From assembly GCA_963662945.1 (NCBI GenBank), contig OY759974.1, positions 192,001 through 256,000 of the forward strand: a stretch of DNA of 64,000 nt, read 5' to 3'. Source of the DNA: Arcobacteraceae bacterium. GTDB taxonomy: Bacteria; Campylobacterota; Campylobacteria; Campylobacterales; Arcobacteraceae. Positions 51,110-61,809 of this stretch are shown here, in pieces. The notes below the pieces were generated by a model that saw only the letters and a list, made by a program, of their open reading frames with translations, was not told the DNA's origin and did not search any database. Every line of letters begins with the position of its first letter. Positions within the stretch are counted from its first letter, which is position 1. The position numbers and the translations under genes are program-made.

Positions 51110-53152
51110 ATGGTTAAAAAAGATGTAATAAATTTAAAATCAATGGATACTCTACAATTTATTGTAGATGGCATAGATGCAATTATTTACATTATTGATA
51201 TTGAAACTTATGAAATCTTATATGCAAATTATCACTGTCAAAAAGAATTTGGCAATGTTCTTGGTAAAACTTGCTACAGTGTCCTACAAAAAGATAAACG
51301 ACATGCATGTGAAGAATGTGCTCTTTTTAATAATACCTATTCTAAAGAAATAGGAGCTACTTATAAATGGGAGCATTATAATAGTATAAATAACAAACAT
51401 TATATATTTAGTGATAGAATTACTCTTATTAATAATAGAAAAGTAAAAATTCAAGTTGGAATTAACATCTCTAAACAAAAAGAATTAGAAAATCAAATTC
51501 TTGAGCAACAAAGTAAAAATTTAGAAACCTTTGAAGCCTTATCAAATTCAACAATTGAAGGCTTAATTATCTATGATGAAAATAAAAAATGTATTAAAAC
51601 AAATACTGTAGCACCACAATTACTTGGCTATACAGATGAAGAGATGTTAGGTAAAAATGCTTTTGAGTTTATTGCTTATGAATCTATAAATCATGTAAAA
51701 AAAGTTATTAAGAATACAAATCAAGAACCTTATGAAGCAGTTATGCTACGAAAAGATGGTACAAAGTTTCCTGCTATTTTAAGAGGAAAAGATATACAAC
51801 TTGAAGGAAAAGAGATTAGAGTTTCTGCTGTTATGGATATAACGAAGATTAAAGAAAAAGAGGAAGAAATTTTAAAGCTTGCATATTATGATTCTTTAAC
51901 TTCTCTTCCAAATAGATCTTTATTAGAAGACAGAGCTAGTCGTCTTATAAATAAAAATGGAAGAAATAAAAACTATGGTGCTTTGATGTTTGTAGATTTG
52001 GATAACTTTAAAAATATCAATGATACAAAAGGACATATTGTTGGTGATCTCATTTTAGTGGAATGCGCCAAGAAACTTTCCAAAACTATAAGAAAATATG
52101 ACACTGTTGCAAGATTTGGTGGAGATGAGTTTGTCATACTTATTGATACTCAACATAATGATAAAAATTCTGCTGTTAAAAGTATCCGTACTGTTGCAAA
52201 TAATGTTTTAACAAAATTATCACAACCTCTTACTGTTGAAACTAATGAATATCAACTCACTGCAAGTATTGGTATTGCTATTTTTAATGACCATATTACT
52301 TTTGATGAACTTATGAAGCGTGCAGATAGTGCAATGTATCATTCTAAAGATAAAGGAAAAAATAACTTTAGTTTTTTTGATCCAAAACTTCAAAAAGAGA
52401 TAGAAAGAAAAACAATTATTACCGAAAAACTTAGACTGGCAATCAAAAATAAAAAAATTATGGTACATTATCAAAAACAATTTAATCAAGAACAACAAGT
52501 AGTGGGTGCTGAAGCACTCTTACGATGGAATGATAAGGTTTTAGGATATGTAAGTCCTGCTGAATTTATAAATATAGCAGAAGAAAGTGATTTAATTTTA
52601 CAACTAGGTGATTATGTTATTGAAGAATCTATAAAACTTCTTAGTAGTTGGGAAAAAGATAAAATTAAAAAAGATTGGAGAATTTCTGTAAATATAAGTA
52701 TAAAACAATTTGAAAAGTCTAATTTTGTCAAAAATGTAGAAAATAATATTTTCAAATATAATATAGTCCCAAATAAATTAAGATTGGAGTTTACAGAAAG
52801 TTTACTCTTCAAAAATACTGACAAAGCTCTTGAAAAGATACATTATCTTAAGAACTTAGGATTAACTCTTTCTATTGATGATTTTGGTACTGGTTATTCT
52901 TCTTTATCATACCTAAAGAAACTACCAATTGATGAGCTAAAAATAGATAAATCATTTATAGATGATATTCTTACTGATGAAAATGATGAAACAATTGTCT
53001 TAGCTATACTGTCTATTGGAAAAAAATTTGGTTTTGAAGTTATAGCAGAAGGTGTTGAAACAAAAGAGATGTATGAAAAACTACTTACTTTGGGATGTGA
53101 GTATTTTCAAGGTTATTATTTTGCTAAACCAATGCCGCAAGAAGAACTCTAA
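51110..53152 (+). CDS. PAS-PAS-GGDEF-EAL diguanylate cyclase/phosphodiesterase
   Basis: PAS motifs (LLGYTDEEMLGK, RKDGT), intact FGGDEF, EALLRW and DDFGTGYSSL. Confidence 0.93.
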   Translation: MVKKDVINLKSMDTLQFIVDGIDAIIYIIDIETYEILYANYHCQKEFGNVLGKTCYSVLQKDKRHACEECALFNNTYSKEIGATYKWEHYNSINNKHYIFSDRITLINNRKVKIQVGINISKQKELENQILEQQSKNLETFEALSNSTIEGLIIYDENKKCIKTNTVAPQLLGYTDEEMLGKNAFEFIAYESINHVKKVIKNTNQEPYEAVMLRKDGTKFPAILRGKDIQLEGKEIRVSAVMDITKIKEKEEEILKLAYYDSLTSLPNRSLLEDRASRLINKNGRNKNYGALMFVDLDNFKNINDTKGHIVGDLILVECAKKLSKTIRKYDTVARFGGDEFVILIDTQHNDKNSAVKSIRTVANNVLTKLSQPLTVETNEYQLTASIGIAIFNDHITFDELMKRADSAMYHSKDKGKNNFSFFDPKLQKEIERKTIITEKLRLAIKNKKIMVHYQKQFNQEQQVVGAEALLRWNDKVLGYVSPAEFINIAEESDLILQLGDYVIEESIKLLSSWEKDKIKKDWRISVNISIKQFEKSNFVKNVENNIFKYNIVPNKLRLEFTESLLFKNTDKALEKIHYLKNLGLTLSIDDFGTGYSSLSYLKKLPIDELKIDKSFIDDILTDENDETIVLAILSIGKKFGFEVIAEGVETKEMYEKLLTLGCEYFQGYYFAKPMPQEEL

Positions 53153-53237
53153 ATTTTCCTATTGATTTAATTTTATAAGTAGAGTTAAACACATAATATT
53201 GTAAACTCCACAAAATTTTATCACACGTAAGGATAAT

Positions 53238-54578
53238 ATGAAGAATATTAGTATATTTGGAACATCCTCCGATGCAGGGAAATCAACACTCACTTTTGTA
53301 ATAGCAAAAATTATTCAAGATTTAGGCTATAGTGTAGTTCCATTCAAAGCACAAAATGTATCTAATAATTCAAAAGTTTGTGATGATAACAGTGAGATAG
53401 CAATAGCTCAACACTTTCAAGCTGAAGTACTTGGAGTAAAAACCTCCTATCATCTTAATCCCATTCTATTAAAATCTGGTCGTGCAAATTCTGCTTCTTT
53501 GATAGTTGAGGGGAAAGTTGTATCTGATAAAGATGTAAGAGAATATTATAGAGATTTAGATTTACTTAAACCAGCTGTTGATAGATGTTTTAAGTATCTC
53601 AATGAACAATATGACTGTGTAGTGTGTGAAGGTGCAGGAAGTCCAGTTGAACTTAATCTTATGGACAAAGACTTGTCAAATATCTACATAGCAGATACTT
53701 ATGATACAAAAATTATACTTGTAGCAGATATACAAAAAGGTGGTGTTTTTGCTTCTATTTGGGGGGTTTATAATCTTTTACCGCAAAAACTTCGTGAAAA
53801 TGTTATAGGTGTTATTGTCAATAAATTTCAAGGAGATATGACACTTTTTGATGAAGGTGTTAGAATTATTGAAGAAGATTTTAAAATACCCGTTTTAGGA
53901 GTATTACCATATTTACCATTTAATTTAGGATTTGAAGATAGTGCAAGTCTTAAAAACTTTACTCAAAATTGTAAAAATGCTACGAAAAAAGTTGCTGTTA
54001 TTAACTATCCTTATATGAGTAACTATAATGATTTTGAGCCATTAATCGCAGATGAAGATATTTGTTTAGAGTTTATAACTTCCAATGTAGATTTAAATAA
54101 ATTTGACTTAGTAATACTTCCTGGTTCAAAACTAGTTATACAAGATTTACAATGGCTTAAAAACAATGGACTTTTTGAACAACTCAAAAATACTACAGTA
54201 GAACTTTTTGGTATTTGTGGTGGTTATGAGATGATGTTTGAAAAGATTATTGATGAACAATGTATTGAAAACACTACACCAACAATTGAATCTGGTTTAG
54301 GTTTTATAGATGATAATATCATCTTTCAAAGTGACAAAGTGCTGAAAAGAGAATTATACAGTATGTTTAAGAATAATTACGAAGGATTTGAGATACATCA
54401 AGGCATTAGTAAAAAACATCCACTCTATTTTGAAAAAAACAACATCAAAGGAACTTTTGTCCATGGCATCTTTGATGATGAAAAATTTAAAATTTATAAA
54501 GAAAAAACTCTTAATGAGTTTATAAATACTATGAAAGGAAAATTAGATATAGATAAGATTATATCTAGTATAATGTAA
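53238..54578 (+). CDS. cobQ: Cobyric acid synthase
   Basis: GTSSDAGKS, PFKAQN, EGAGSPVELNL, ICGGY and FEIH motifs. Confidence 0.93.
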   Translation: MKNISIFGTSSDAGKSTLTFVIAKIIQDLGYSVVPFKAQNVSNNSKVCDDNSEIAIAQHFQAEVLGVKTSYHLNPILLKSGRANSASLIVEGKVVSDKDVREYYRDLDLLKPAVDRCFKYLNEQYDCVVCEGAGSPVELNLMDKDLSNIYIADTYDTKIILVADIQKGGVFASIWGVYNLLPQKLRENVIGVIVNKFQGDMTLFDEGVRIIEEDFKIPVLGVLPYLPFNLGFEDSASLKNFTQNCKNATKKVAVINYPYMSNYNDFEPLIADEDICLEFITSNVDLNKFDLVILPGSKLVIQDLQWLKNNGLFEQLKNTTVELFGICGGYEMMFEKIIDEQCIENTTPTIESGLGFIDDNIIFQSDKVLKRELYSMFKNNYEGFEIHQGISKKHPLYFEKNNIKGTFVHGIFDDEKFKIYKEKTLNEFINTMKGKLDIDKIISSIM

Positions 54579-54579
54579 C

Positions 54580-57500
54580 ATGATAAAATCACTTATAAAA
54601 TTTGGTTTAGAAAAACCTATCTTAAATTATATGCTTCTTTTTTTTATATTTATACTTTCTGTATTTTCATACTTCAAAATACCAAAAGAGATATTTCCAC
54701 CATCAAATCTTGATGCTATTTCTATTACAGGAAGTTATCCAGGTGCAAGTAGTGATATACTCGATCTCATGGCTGTATCTAAAATTGAAGATGAGTTAGC
54801 AAATTTAAGTGAAGCAGATACTATTACAACTGTTGTTAAAACTGGTTATTTTAATATCCGAATTGATTTAAAAGAGGGAAATGATCTTTCAAAGCTTTTA
54901 GATGATGTAAAAGATATAGTCACAAAAACTCGTTCTGACTTACCAAGTGATATGGATGAACCAATAGTAAAAGAGATAACTTTTTCTTTTCCTCTTATTA
55001 CAATAGCTGTATTTGGAGATAAAACAAATGAAGAGTTACTTCAAATTTCAGATGATATAAAATCAAAAATAAATACTCTTGGGGATTTAAGTGATATAAC
55101 AATCTATGGAGATAGTGACAAAGAGTTACTAATCACTTTTGATGAAACAAAAATTGATGCATTTGGTTTAAATAAAAATGCCGTAATCAGTGCTATTGCA
55201 GCTACGAGTTCCATTTTCCCTGCAGGTATTATCAAAGATAAAGGAACTCACTATTATTTAAGCAGTCAAAATGGAGAAAAAGATATTCAAAAACTCCAAA
55301 ATATGATTATCAAAATAGGAGATACCTCTATTTACCTTAAAGATATTGCAAAAGTTGAATATAAACTTGCAGATGTAAATACCATCTCTCATTTTAATGG
55401 ACAAAAAAATATCTCTATAGGTGTAAACAAAAGTAAAACGGGAGATAGTATAGCTTTAGTTAAACAAATAAAACAAATACTTAAAGAGGAACAACAAAAC
55501 TATACAGGTGTAACATTTGACACTTATACAGACACTTCTGTTTGGATAAAAAACAGACTTAACACAGTTGTATCAAATATACTTTTTGGACTTATACTGC
55601 TTACTATTGCTTTGTTTTTCTTTATTAATGCACGTATAGCTTTTGTAGTCGCTGTTGGAATACCAACTAGTTTTATGATTGGAATTATTGGTGCCGAACA
55701 ATTAGGCTATAGTCTTAATATGCTTTCACTTTTAGGAGCTCTTCTTGCACTTGGTATGCTTGTAGATGAAGCAATTGTTGTAGGGGAAAATATCTATAGA
55801 CACCTTGAGATGGGAAAAGATAAGATGACAGCTGCATTAGATGGTGCTGTTGAGATGTATCCTGCTGTTTTAACTGCAACAGCAACTACTATCTTTGCAT
55901 TTTTACCAATCTTACTTATGAGTGGAGAGACTGGTGTATTTATGAGAATACTTCCTATTATGATCTCTATCCTACTTTTAAGCTCACTACTTGAGGCATT
56001 TTTCTTTTTGCCACTTCATGCAAAACATACTTTACAAGTCAATCATAGTGAAAAAAAATCAGAATCTATCTGGGAATGGAATAAAAATCTTTATAAAAAT
56101 ATATTAGATTTTGTACTTAAATGGAAATATCTTTCTCCAATTATTCTTACAGTTTTTATTATTATTGCAACAATAAGTTTTGCGAAAATTTTAAAATTTG
56201 AATTTATGCCAGAATTTGATACTACACAAGTATATATAAATGGTAGCGTTGGTGTAGGATACGATATAAAAGAAACTGAAAAAAAGATTTATGCCTTAGA
56301 AAAAAAGATACTTGAAAACTTTGAATTAGGAAATGAAATAGATAGTATAAGTTCAGTTATAGGAATGAAACTAGATGGAAAACAGCTTCCACAGAATGAA
56401 GAGTTTTATTTTCAAATTTTTGTAAACTTACAAGAAAGAGCACCTGAAAATGTGTTTGATAAATATATCAATCCCTATTTAAGTCCAAAATATGATGATA
56501 CAGATATGACAAGAGTTGAATCTGCAAAAACTATCTCAAATAATATTTCAAAACTTATCAACCAAAGTGATATTCAAAAAGAGTTTGAAGAGTTAAAAGT
56601 GTATGTTCCAGGAGCTGGAATAGTCAAATATGACATAGAAATCAGTCTTAGTGGTAAAGATGATAAAGAGTTAAGTAATGCAATTCAAACAATCAAAACA
56701 GAACTTGGCAAAATAAAAGGTGTTAAAAATATAGCAGATGATGTACTTCTTGGAAATCTTGATTTAAAATTTTCTATCAATCCTTATGGGCAATCTCTTG
56801 GATTTACTGAAACTGATGTTGTAAATCTTTTGAAACCATACTATTTTAAAGGTAATTTTTCTAAAATGTATGATGATAGTGGTATTGTAGATATAGTATT
56901 TCAAAGTGTAAACAAAGATATAAAACAAAGTCTTGACAGCTTTGAAGTAACTATACCTAACACAGATACAAAAGTGCTTTTAAATGATATAGTTGAGTTT
57001 AAAGCAAAATCAAGCCTAAGTCAAATTTTCAAAGAAGATGGTGTAGCAATACAAACTATCACAGCTTCACTTGATGGTCTTACAAGTACAGAATTATATG
57101 CTCAACTGAATCCTACTTTAGAAAAACTCAAAGATAAAGTAAAAATAGATATCAAAGGGGAAGAGAAAGAAAACAAAAAAATACAAATAGAAATGGGGCA
57201 AGCTTTTATTATAGCTTTATTACTTATTTTTATCTCTTTAGTGTGGATGTTTGATAGTCTTGTAAAATCACTTGTAATCTTAAGTACAATTCCACTTTCA
57301 GTTCTTGGAGTTTTAGTTGGGCATTTTATCATGGGATTAAATATCACTATGCCAGGACTTATAGGTATGGTTGGACTTGCTGGGGTTATTGTAAATGATG
57401 GGATTATTATGATGGATTTTATCCAAAAATCAAAAGATGTAGAAGAGATGAAACAATATGCACTTTTAAGACTCCGCCCTATTCTTCTTACATCACTTAC

Positions 57501-57663
57501 AACAATTTTAGGTCTGAGTACTTTAATGTTCTTTGCTTCAGGGCAATCACTTATATTACAACCGATGGCTGTATCTTTAGGATTTGGGATACTTTGGGCT
57601 ACGATTTTGAATTTGTATTATGTTCCTATGTTGTATAGGATTATTTATTTGAGGAAAGAGTAA
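54580..57663 (+). CDS. RND efflux permease (AcrB/CusA superfamily)
   Basis: 1027 aa; YPGAS, GMLVDEAIVVGEN, GVIVNDGII and RLRPILLT motifs. Confidence 0.93.
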   Translation: MIKSLIKFGLEKPILNYMLLFFIFILSVFSYFKIPKEIFPPSNLDAISITGSYPGASSDILDLMAVSKIEDELANLSEADTITTVVKTGYFNIRIDLKEGNDLSKLLDDVKDIVTKTRSDLPSDMDEPIVKEITFSFPLITIAVFGDKTNEELLQISDDIKSKINTLGDLSDITIYGDSDKELLITFDETKIDAFGLNKNAVISAIAATSSIFPAGIIKDKGTHYYLSSQNGEKDIQKLQNMIIKIGDTSIYLKDIAKVEYKLADVNTISHFNGQKNISIGVNKSKTGDSIALVKQIKQILKEEQQNYTGVTFDTYTDTSVWIKNRLNTVVSNILFGLILLTIALFFFINARIAFVVAVGIPTSFMIGIIGAEQLGYSLNMLSLLGALLALGMLVDEAIVVGENIYRHLEMGKDKMTAALDGAVEMYPAVLTATATTIFAFLPILLMSGETGVFMRILPIMISILLLSSLLEAFFFLPLHAKHTLQVNHSEKKSESIWEWNKNLYKNILDFVLKWKYLSPIILTVFIIIATISFAKILKFEFMPEFDTTQVYINGSVGVGYDIKETEKKIYALEKKILENFELGNEIDSISSVIGMKLDGKQLPQNEEFYFQIFVNLQERAPENVFDKYINPYLSPKYDDTDMTRVESAKTISNNISKLINQSDIQKEFEELKVYVPGAGIVKYDIEISLSGKDDKELSNAIQTIKTELGKIKGVKNIADDVLLGNLDLKFSINPYGQSLGFTETDVVNLLKPYYFKGNFSKMYDDSGIVDIVFQSVNKDIKQSLDSFEVTIPNTDTKVLLNDIVEFKAKSSLSQIFKEDGVAIQTITASLDGLTSTELYAQLNPTLEKLKDKVKIDIKGEEKENKKIQIEMGQAFIIALLLIFISLVWMFDSLVKSLVILSTIPLSVLGVLVGHFIMGLNITMPGLIGMVGLAGVIVNDGIIMMDFIQKSKDVEEMKQYALLRLRPILLTSLTTILGLSTLMFFASGQSLILQPMAVSLGFGILWATILNLYYVPMLYRIIYLRKE

Positions 57664-57665
57664 GG
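57557..57665 (+). repeat. Direct repeat copy 1: last ~35 codons and stop of the RND gene
   Basis: 108/109 identical to 58294-58402. Confidence 0.95.
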
Positions 57666-57703
57666 GGGAAGGTTTTTATTTTTTTAGAAGTTAATTTGTA
57701 AGG

Positions 57704-57970
57704 TTATGGAAAATACTTATATATTTCTCTTCTATGTTTTACAGTTTCTATTATGATTGTATCATTCTCTTTTTTGATACCAACTCTATAGTCCCCAAAC
57801 CTTATTTTAAAATAGTTTTTATATCCTGTCATTTTTTCAACTTTACCTATTTCACTTAAACTCGTATATGTTGGGAAAGTATCAAATACAAATTCTTCAA
57901 TAGTTTGTCCATATTCAGTTGGTAATTTTGAAAGTTCTTTTAAAAACTTCTTTTTGTATTCAATATTCAT
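57704..57970 (-). CDS. Type II toxin, RelE/StbE family
   Basis: 88 aa; KKFLKELSKL, FKIRFGDYRVG and HRREIYK motifs. Confidence 0.88.
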   Translation of the reverse strand: MNIEYKKKFLKELSKLPTEYGQTIEEFVFDTFPTYTSLSEIGKVEKMTGYKNYFKIRFGDYRVGIKKENDTIIIETVKHRREIYKYFP

Positions 57971-57975
57971 TGATA

Positions 57976-58182
57976 TTATGAAGCTTTATTTTCTTTTAGT
58001 GATTTGTAGTATTCTTTTGCATCTTTTATAGATAATGTTTCATTTTCTTCATTTTCTTCCATTAGTTTATATAATGCAAAGTTTTCTAAAGTTTCTGTAA
58101 TTTGTTCATAAGTTTTCATATCTAACTGAACAGCAATTTTATGATTTTCGTCATCTACGATATAGTTTGGATTTATACACAT
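57976..58182 (-). CDS. Cognate antitoxin
   Basis: 68 aa, acidic, directly upstream of the toxin; NYIVDDENHKIAVQL N-terminus. Confidence 0.75.
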   Translation of the reverse strand: MCINPNYIVDDENHKIAVQLDMKTYEQITETLENFALYKLMEENEENETLSIKDAKEYYKSLKENKAS

Positions 58183-58293
58183 ACTATTCTCCTATAATTT
58201 ATTAATAATCCATTATATCAAATCTTAAATAAGTTTCACTTAAGATTAAATTTTTAATCTATACAATTTTTATTCTAATTTATATTTACATAC

Positions 58294-58402
58294 TACAACC
58301 GATGGCTGTAGCTTTAGGATTTGGGATACTTTGGGCTACGATTTTGAATTTGTATTATGTTCCTATGTTGTATAGGATTATTTATTTGAGGAAAGAGTAA
58401 GG
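58294..58402 (+). repeat. Direct repeat copy 2: orphan 3' end of the RND gene
   Basis: One mismatch to copy 1 (57574 T vs 58311 G); similarity continues through GGGGAAGGTT after a 3-nt indel. Confidence 0.95.
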
Positions 58403-58414
58403 AAGGGGAAGGTT

Positions 58415-58477
58415 ATAATACACTACCTGTTAACTTTACCGACACTTTAGTCTTTTCTACTAGGTTTTGTTAACTAT
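58415..58477 (-). mobile_element. Truncated attC-like site (left arm only) at the hamB stop codon
   Basis: Minus strand ATAGTTAAC-AAAACCTAGTAGAAAAGAC; the AAC core overlaps the TAA stop; exact reverse complement of GTTAACTAT at the cassette start; no right arm before the RND repeat. Confidence 0.5.
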
Positions 58478-61400
58478 TTTCCTCAATAAGATTCGGGTTT
58501 CTTAGTTCCATAGACCAATTTTCATTAAAATTATCGTACATAAAGCATACTCCCATATTGTTTCCTACACTATTAAACGGTAAAGAATCTGTGGATTCAA
58601 CAGCAATTTTTGTTTTAAAGTCTGGACTACATAAAAAAACACTTTGTTCATTTTTTCTAATATTTAAAATATTGCTTTCTATTGTTTCCGATATTTTTTT
58701 CAAAGTGAAATTACTAACTTTAGGAATGTCTATACTATTGATATAATTCTGTTCTATTTCAAATATAGTTATCCATTCAGATGTAACAGGTAAACAGTAT
58801 TCAATTATTTTTTCTTGGTTAGAAATAATCAAGTTGAATAGTTTTCTTTTACTAACATCAACCAAATCACTATTGATTATCCCACTTAAATCTAATGAGG
58901 CAACTCTTGATCTTATTCCTGAAAGATATATTTTAACTGCAAAAATATTAGGTAGTCCAATTTCTGAAAAAAGAGCAATGTTCTCAAGTATCTCTGCCTC
59001 ATTATCTAAACTCATATCATACAATTTTCTAATAATTGCATTTAGAGCCCACGGTATAGTCATACCAAAATACTCGACACAAATTTTTTGACCATTATTG
59101 ATTTGTTTTATCTCTGCTAATGAAACCCCACTAAACCATTTTTCTCTAACTAAATCAACGTCAGTCTCTTCAAAATTATGTTTAAATGAAGTAGATGGCA
59201 TTTGTTGTATTAAGCTTTCAATTCTTTTTATTGTTTCAATAGTATCTGTAATGTTTTTTTCTGACTGATTATAAGTTTGAACTATTTCTTTTATTTCCTC
59301 AATATGTTCTTCAATCAAAACTGATGAACTTAATGGGATACCTGATTTTACAATTGATTCCCAATTACTTGAATCTCCTGCAATCCTTACTACGGCTTTA
59401 TTTCTTGCTTTTAAAAATTGTATTACTTCTTCTTGAGTTATGTTTGACTCATTTTGTGCCTGAATATAGGCTAATGAGTTTCTAAAATAATCATCTATCC
59501 ATGAAGAAGGATCAGCATCAAAAAATGCTACCTTTTTATAATCTAATGCTAGTAATGTATCATCAATCCAGTTAAAAGCTTCAAGAATATTTTCTGAATA
59601 ATTAGTCGTTGTTGTAGTTAAACGAGAAAAGTTATTTTCTGAAATCAATTGAAGCAATAGGTCAAAATCAATATTACATTGTGTTGCAATATTTTTTATT
59701 CTTTTTATTAAAAATAGTAAACCACTTGTGGCTTTATCCATATTTGAGATGTCAAAATATTGATTTATCATTTCAAAATCTTTCTTTAATTGCCATTGAC
59801 CTTTATTCTCATCTATTCCAAAAAGTATCTTACCTTCAATATCAACAAAAGCTCGTCCAGCTCGTCCTGCAATATTCCAAAAATCTTTTGAATCAATTTT
59901 CTCTCTTTTATTTGATTGCTGATTAAATCTAAAAACATCTGCAAATATTACTGTGGAGATACCAATATTTACACCTTGACCCAAAGTTGTTGTAGCAACA
60001 ATAACTTTGGGCTTTTCTTCACGCATCATTTTTTCCAATAAAATTCTCACTTCAGCTGATAATTGACCATGATGACAGAAGATACCATGTTCTGCAAGTT
60101 CAAAAATATCATTTTCACCTGATTCAATACAAGCTAATTTTAAAGACTTTTGATTAATTGTATTTTTCCATTGCATGTATTCTTTATTATTCATATGATT
60201 TAAAATTCTTCTAGCATTAGATAAAACTTGTGTTGCTTGAGCTACAAAAAACAAAACAGTACCCAAGGTCGATAATTTTAAAGCTGTTGATGCGAAACCA
60301 TCATATTTACTACTACTTTGCTCTACAAAACCTTTATTAAAAGATTTTGGTTCTTCTATCCATTCTATATCAATATTCTTACTTCTAGTCCACTTTAGTA
60401 TTCCAAATCTTTGATTGGCTAACCTTTTTTTAGATTCTAAAATATTATTTTCGTCATTTGAAATCCACTTTGAAATGTCTTTTGTATTTGGTAAAACAGC
60501 AGATAGCAAAATAATCTTTCCATTGTTTTTATTCATATGAAACTTCAATTCTTCAGTAAACATCTCATTTTGAATTAATCTTTGATTCGCACCTAAAAGA
60601 TGCCCTTCATCAATGACTAAAAGTTTGATTTGATCTCCAATTGATTCGTCGGCTCTAATTATCGCTTTTGCTTTTTCAGGTGTTGCAATAATAATATTTG
60701 AATGTTCTATGAGTGTTTTATCTATTTTACTGTATTGAGCACCACCATATAAGAAAGTCGTTGAAAATCCTAGTGGACTGAAAATTTTATCCATTGACTC
60801 TTCTACTTCAAATGATAGTGAACGAAAAGGAGCTAAATATAATACTTTTGACTCAGGATTATTTACTAAGGTTTCTAAAATTGCAATTTCTGCTATTCTT
60901 GTTTTTCCACTACTTGTAGGTAAACTTATCACGATGTTGTTATTATTTCTCATTGCATTAACAGCTTCATATTGAGTATAAAAAAGTTCGATTATTGAAG
61001 GATTGTTAAACGCTAATTGTTGAATATATAAAGTTGTTTTATCACTTGGTATTAAAGTTGGTAAAATATTCCAAAAAGAGTATTGTTTGTATGTGTTTAA
61101 CAGAATTGATATTAGCCTACTTATCCACCAAGTCAAAGGCTCATCATCAATAGAAGATAACGCTTTTAAGTCAAGCGTATATTCTTGGGCTAAGTCTAGC
61201 CATTGTTCGTCGCCAGAATAAATATACTCAATTACAAGATTTAATACTTTTGCTAAAATAACAGTGTAAAATTTAAAATTTGCATCCATAGAATCGTCTA
61301 ATGAGACAATTTGTTCTTCTTGAAACTCATCATTCAAAACAATATCATTAATTTTCAAAACTAAATCATCTATGTCTTTTTTTAAAAAAGTGCTTACTAT

Positions 61401-61808
61401 ATCAATAAATTTAGAGTTTGATTCAGCCTTTTTTATTGCAATAAACGATTTAGAATATTGTGAAGCAATATAAAAAGACAAACTGCTTATTAGCAAATAG
61501 AAATTACTGTTTTCCTTTTTATTATTTCTTGGCGAGTGAACTTGATAAATAATATCTCCGCTTTTTTCAAAAGCAATATTTGATATTTCGTGATGGACTT
61601 GCTGTTCTTTTAATGTACATGCTATAGATAGGTAAGAAAATGCTATATAATTAATCTTTTCATCAAGATTCTCTGTGTAGTTTGGGAAATTTTCAAATGG
61701 TTCATTTGCTTCAAGCAATATGTTCTTTGAGCTTGCTTGTGCAATTAGGTTCTGTGTAAATGTATCTTCTAATTCATTAAATAATAATAGTGCTTTTTCA
61801 ACTGTCAT
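58470..61808 (-). CDS. hamB: Ski2-like DEAD/DEAH helicase, Hachiman HamB
   Basis: LPTSSGKT, DEGH, LLSAV, HHGQL, ATTTLGQGVN and AGRAGR motifs; long helical N-terminus; 1 nt downstream of the HamA-like gene. Confidence 0.8.
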   Translation of the reverse strand: MTVEKALLLFNELEDTFTQNLIAQASSKNILLEANEPFENFPNYTENLDEKINYIAFSYLSIACTLKEQQVHHEISNIAFEKSGDIIYQVHSPRNNKKENSNFYLLISSLSFYIASQYSKSFIAIKKAESNSKFIDIVSTFLKKDIDDLVLKINDIVLNDEFQEEQIVSLDDSMDANFKFYTVILAKVLNLVIEYIYSGDEQWLDLAQEYTLDLKALSSIDDEPLTWWISRLISILLNTYKQYSFWNILPTLIPSDKTTLYIQQLAFNNPSIIELFYTQYEAVNAMRNNNNIVISLPTSSGKTRIAEIAILETLVNNPESKVLYLAPFRSLSFEVEESMDKIFSPLGFSTTFLYGGAQYSKIDKTLIEHSNIIIATPEKAKAIIRADESIGDQIKLLVIDEGHLLGANQRLIQNEMFTEELKFHMNKNNGKIILLSAVLPNTKDISKWISNDENNILESKKRLANQRFGILKWTRSKNIDIEWIEEPKSFNKGFVEQSSSKYDGFASTALKLSTLGTVLFFVAQATQVLSNARRILNHMNNKEYMQWKNTINQKSLKLACIESGENDIFELAEHGIFCHHGQLSAEVRILLEKMMREEKPKVIVATTTLGQGVNIGISTVIFADVFRFNQQSNKREKIDSKDFWNIAGRAGRAFVDIEGKILFGIDENKGQWQLKKDFEMINQYFDISNMDKATSGLLFLIKRIKNIATQCNIDFDLLLQLISENNFSRLTTTTTNYSENILEAFNWIDDTLLALDYKKVAFFDADPSSWIDDYFRNSLAYIQAQNESNITQEEVIQFLKARNKAVVRIAGDSSNWESIVKSGIPLSSSVLIEEHIEEIKEIVQTYNQSEKNITDTIETIKRIESLIQQMPSTSFKHNFEETDVDLVREKWFSGVSLAEIKQINNGQKICVEYFGMTIPWALNAIIRKLYDMSLDNEAEILENIALFSEIGLPNIFAVKIYLSGIRSRVASLDLSGIINSDLVDVSKRKLFNLIISNQEKIIEYCLPVTSEWITIFEIEQNYINSIDIPKVSNFTLKKISETIESNILNIRKNEQSVFLCSPDFKTKIAVESTDSLPFNSVGNNMGVCFMYDNFNENWSMELRNPNLIEENS

Positions 61809-61809
61809 A

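Noticed and set aside
57666-58293. TA module as an attC-bearing cassette
   Set aside because: CCATAAC at the toxin stop is not followed by a palindrome or a matching GTT site; the flanking direct repeats explain the module better
58428-58477. A complete mini-attC using the internal GTTAACA as R'
   Set aside because: Only about 50 bp, with no complementary inner boxes; treated as a truncated site
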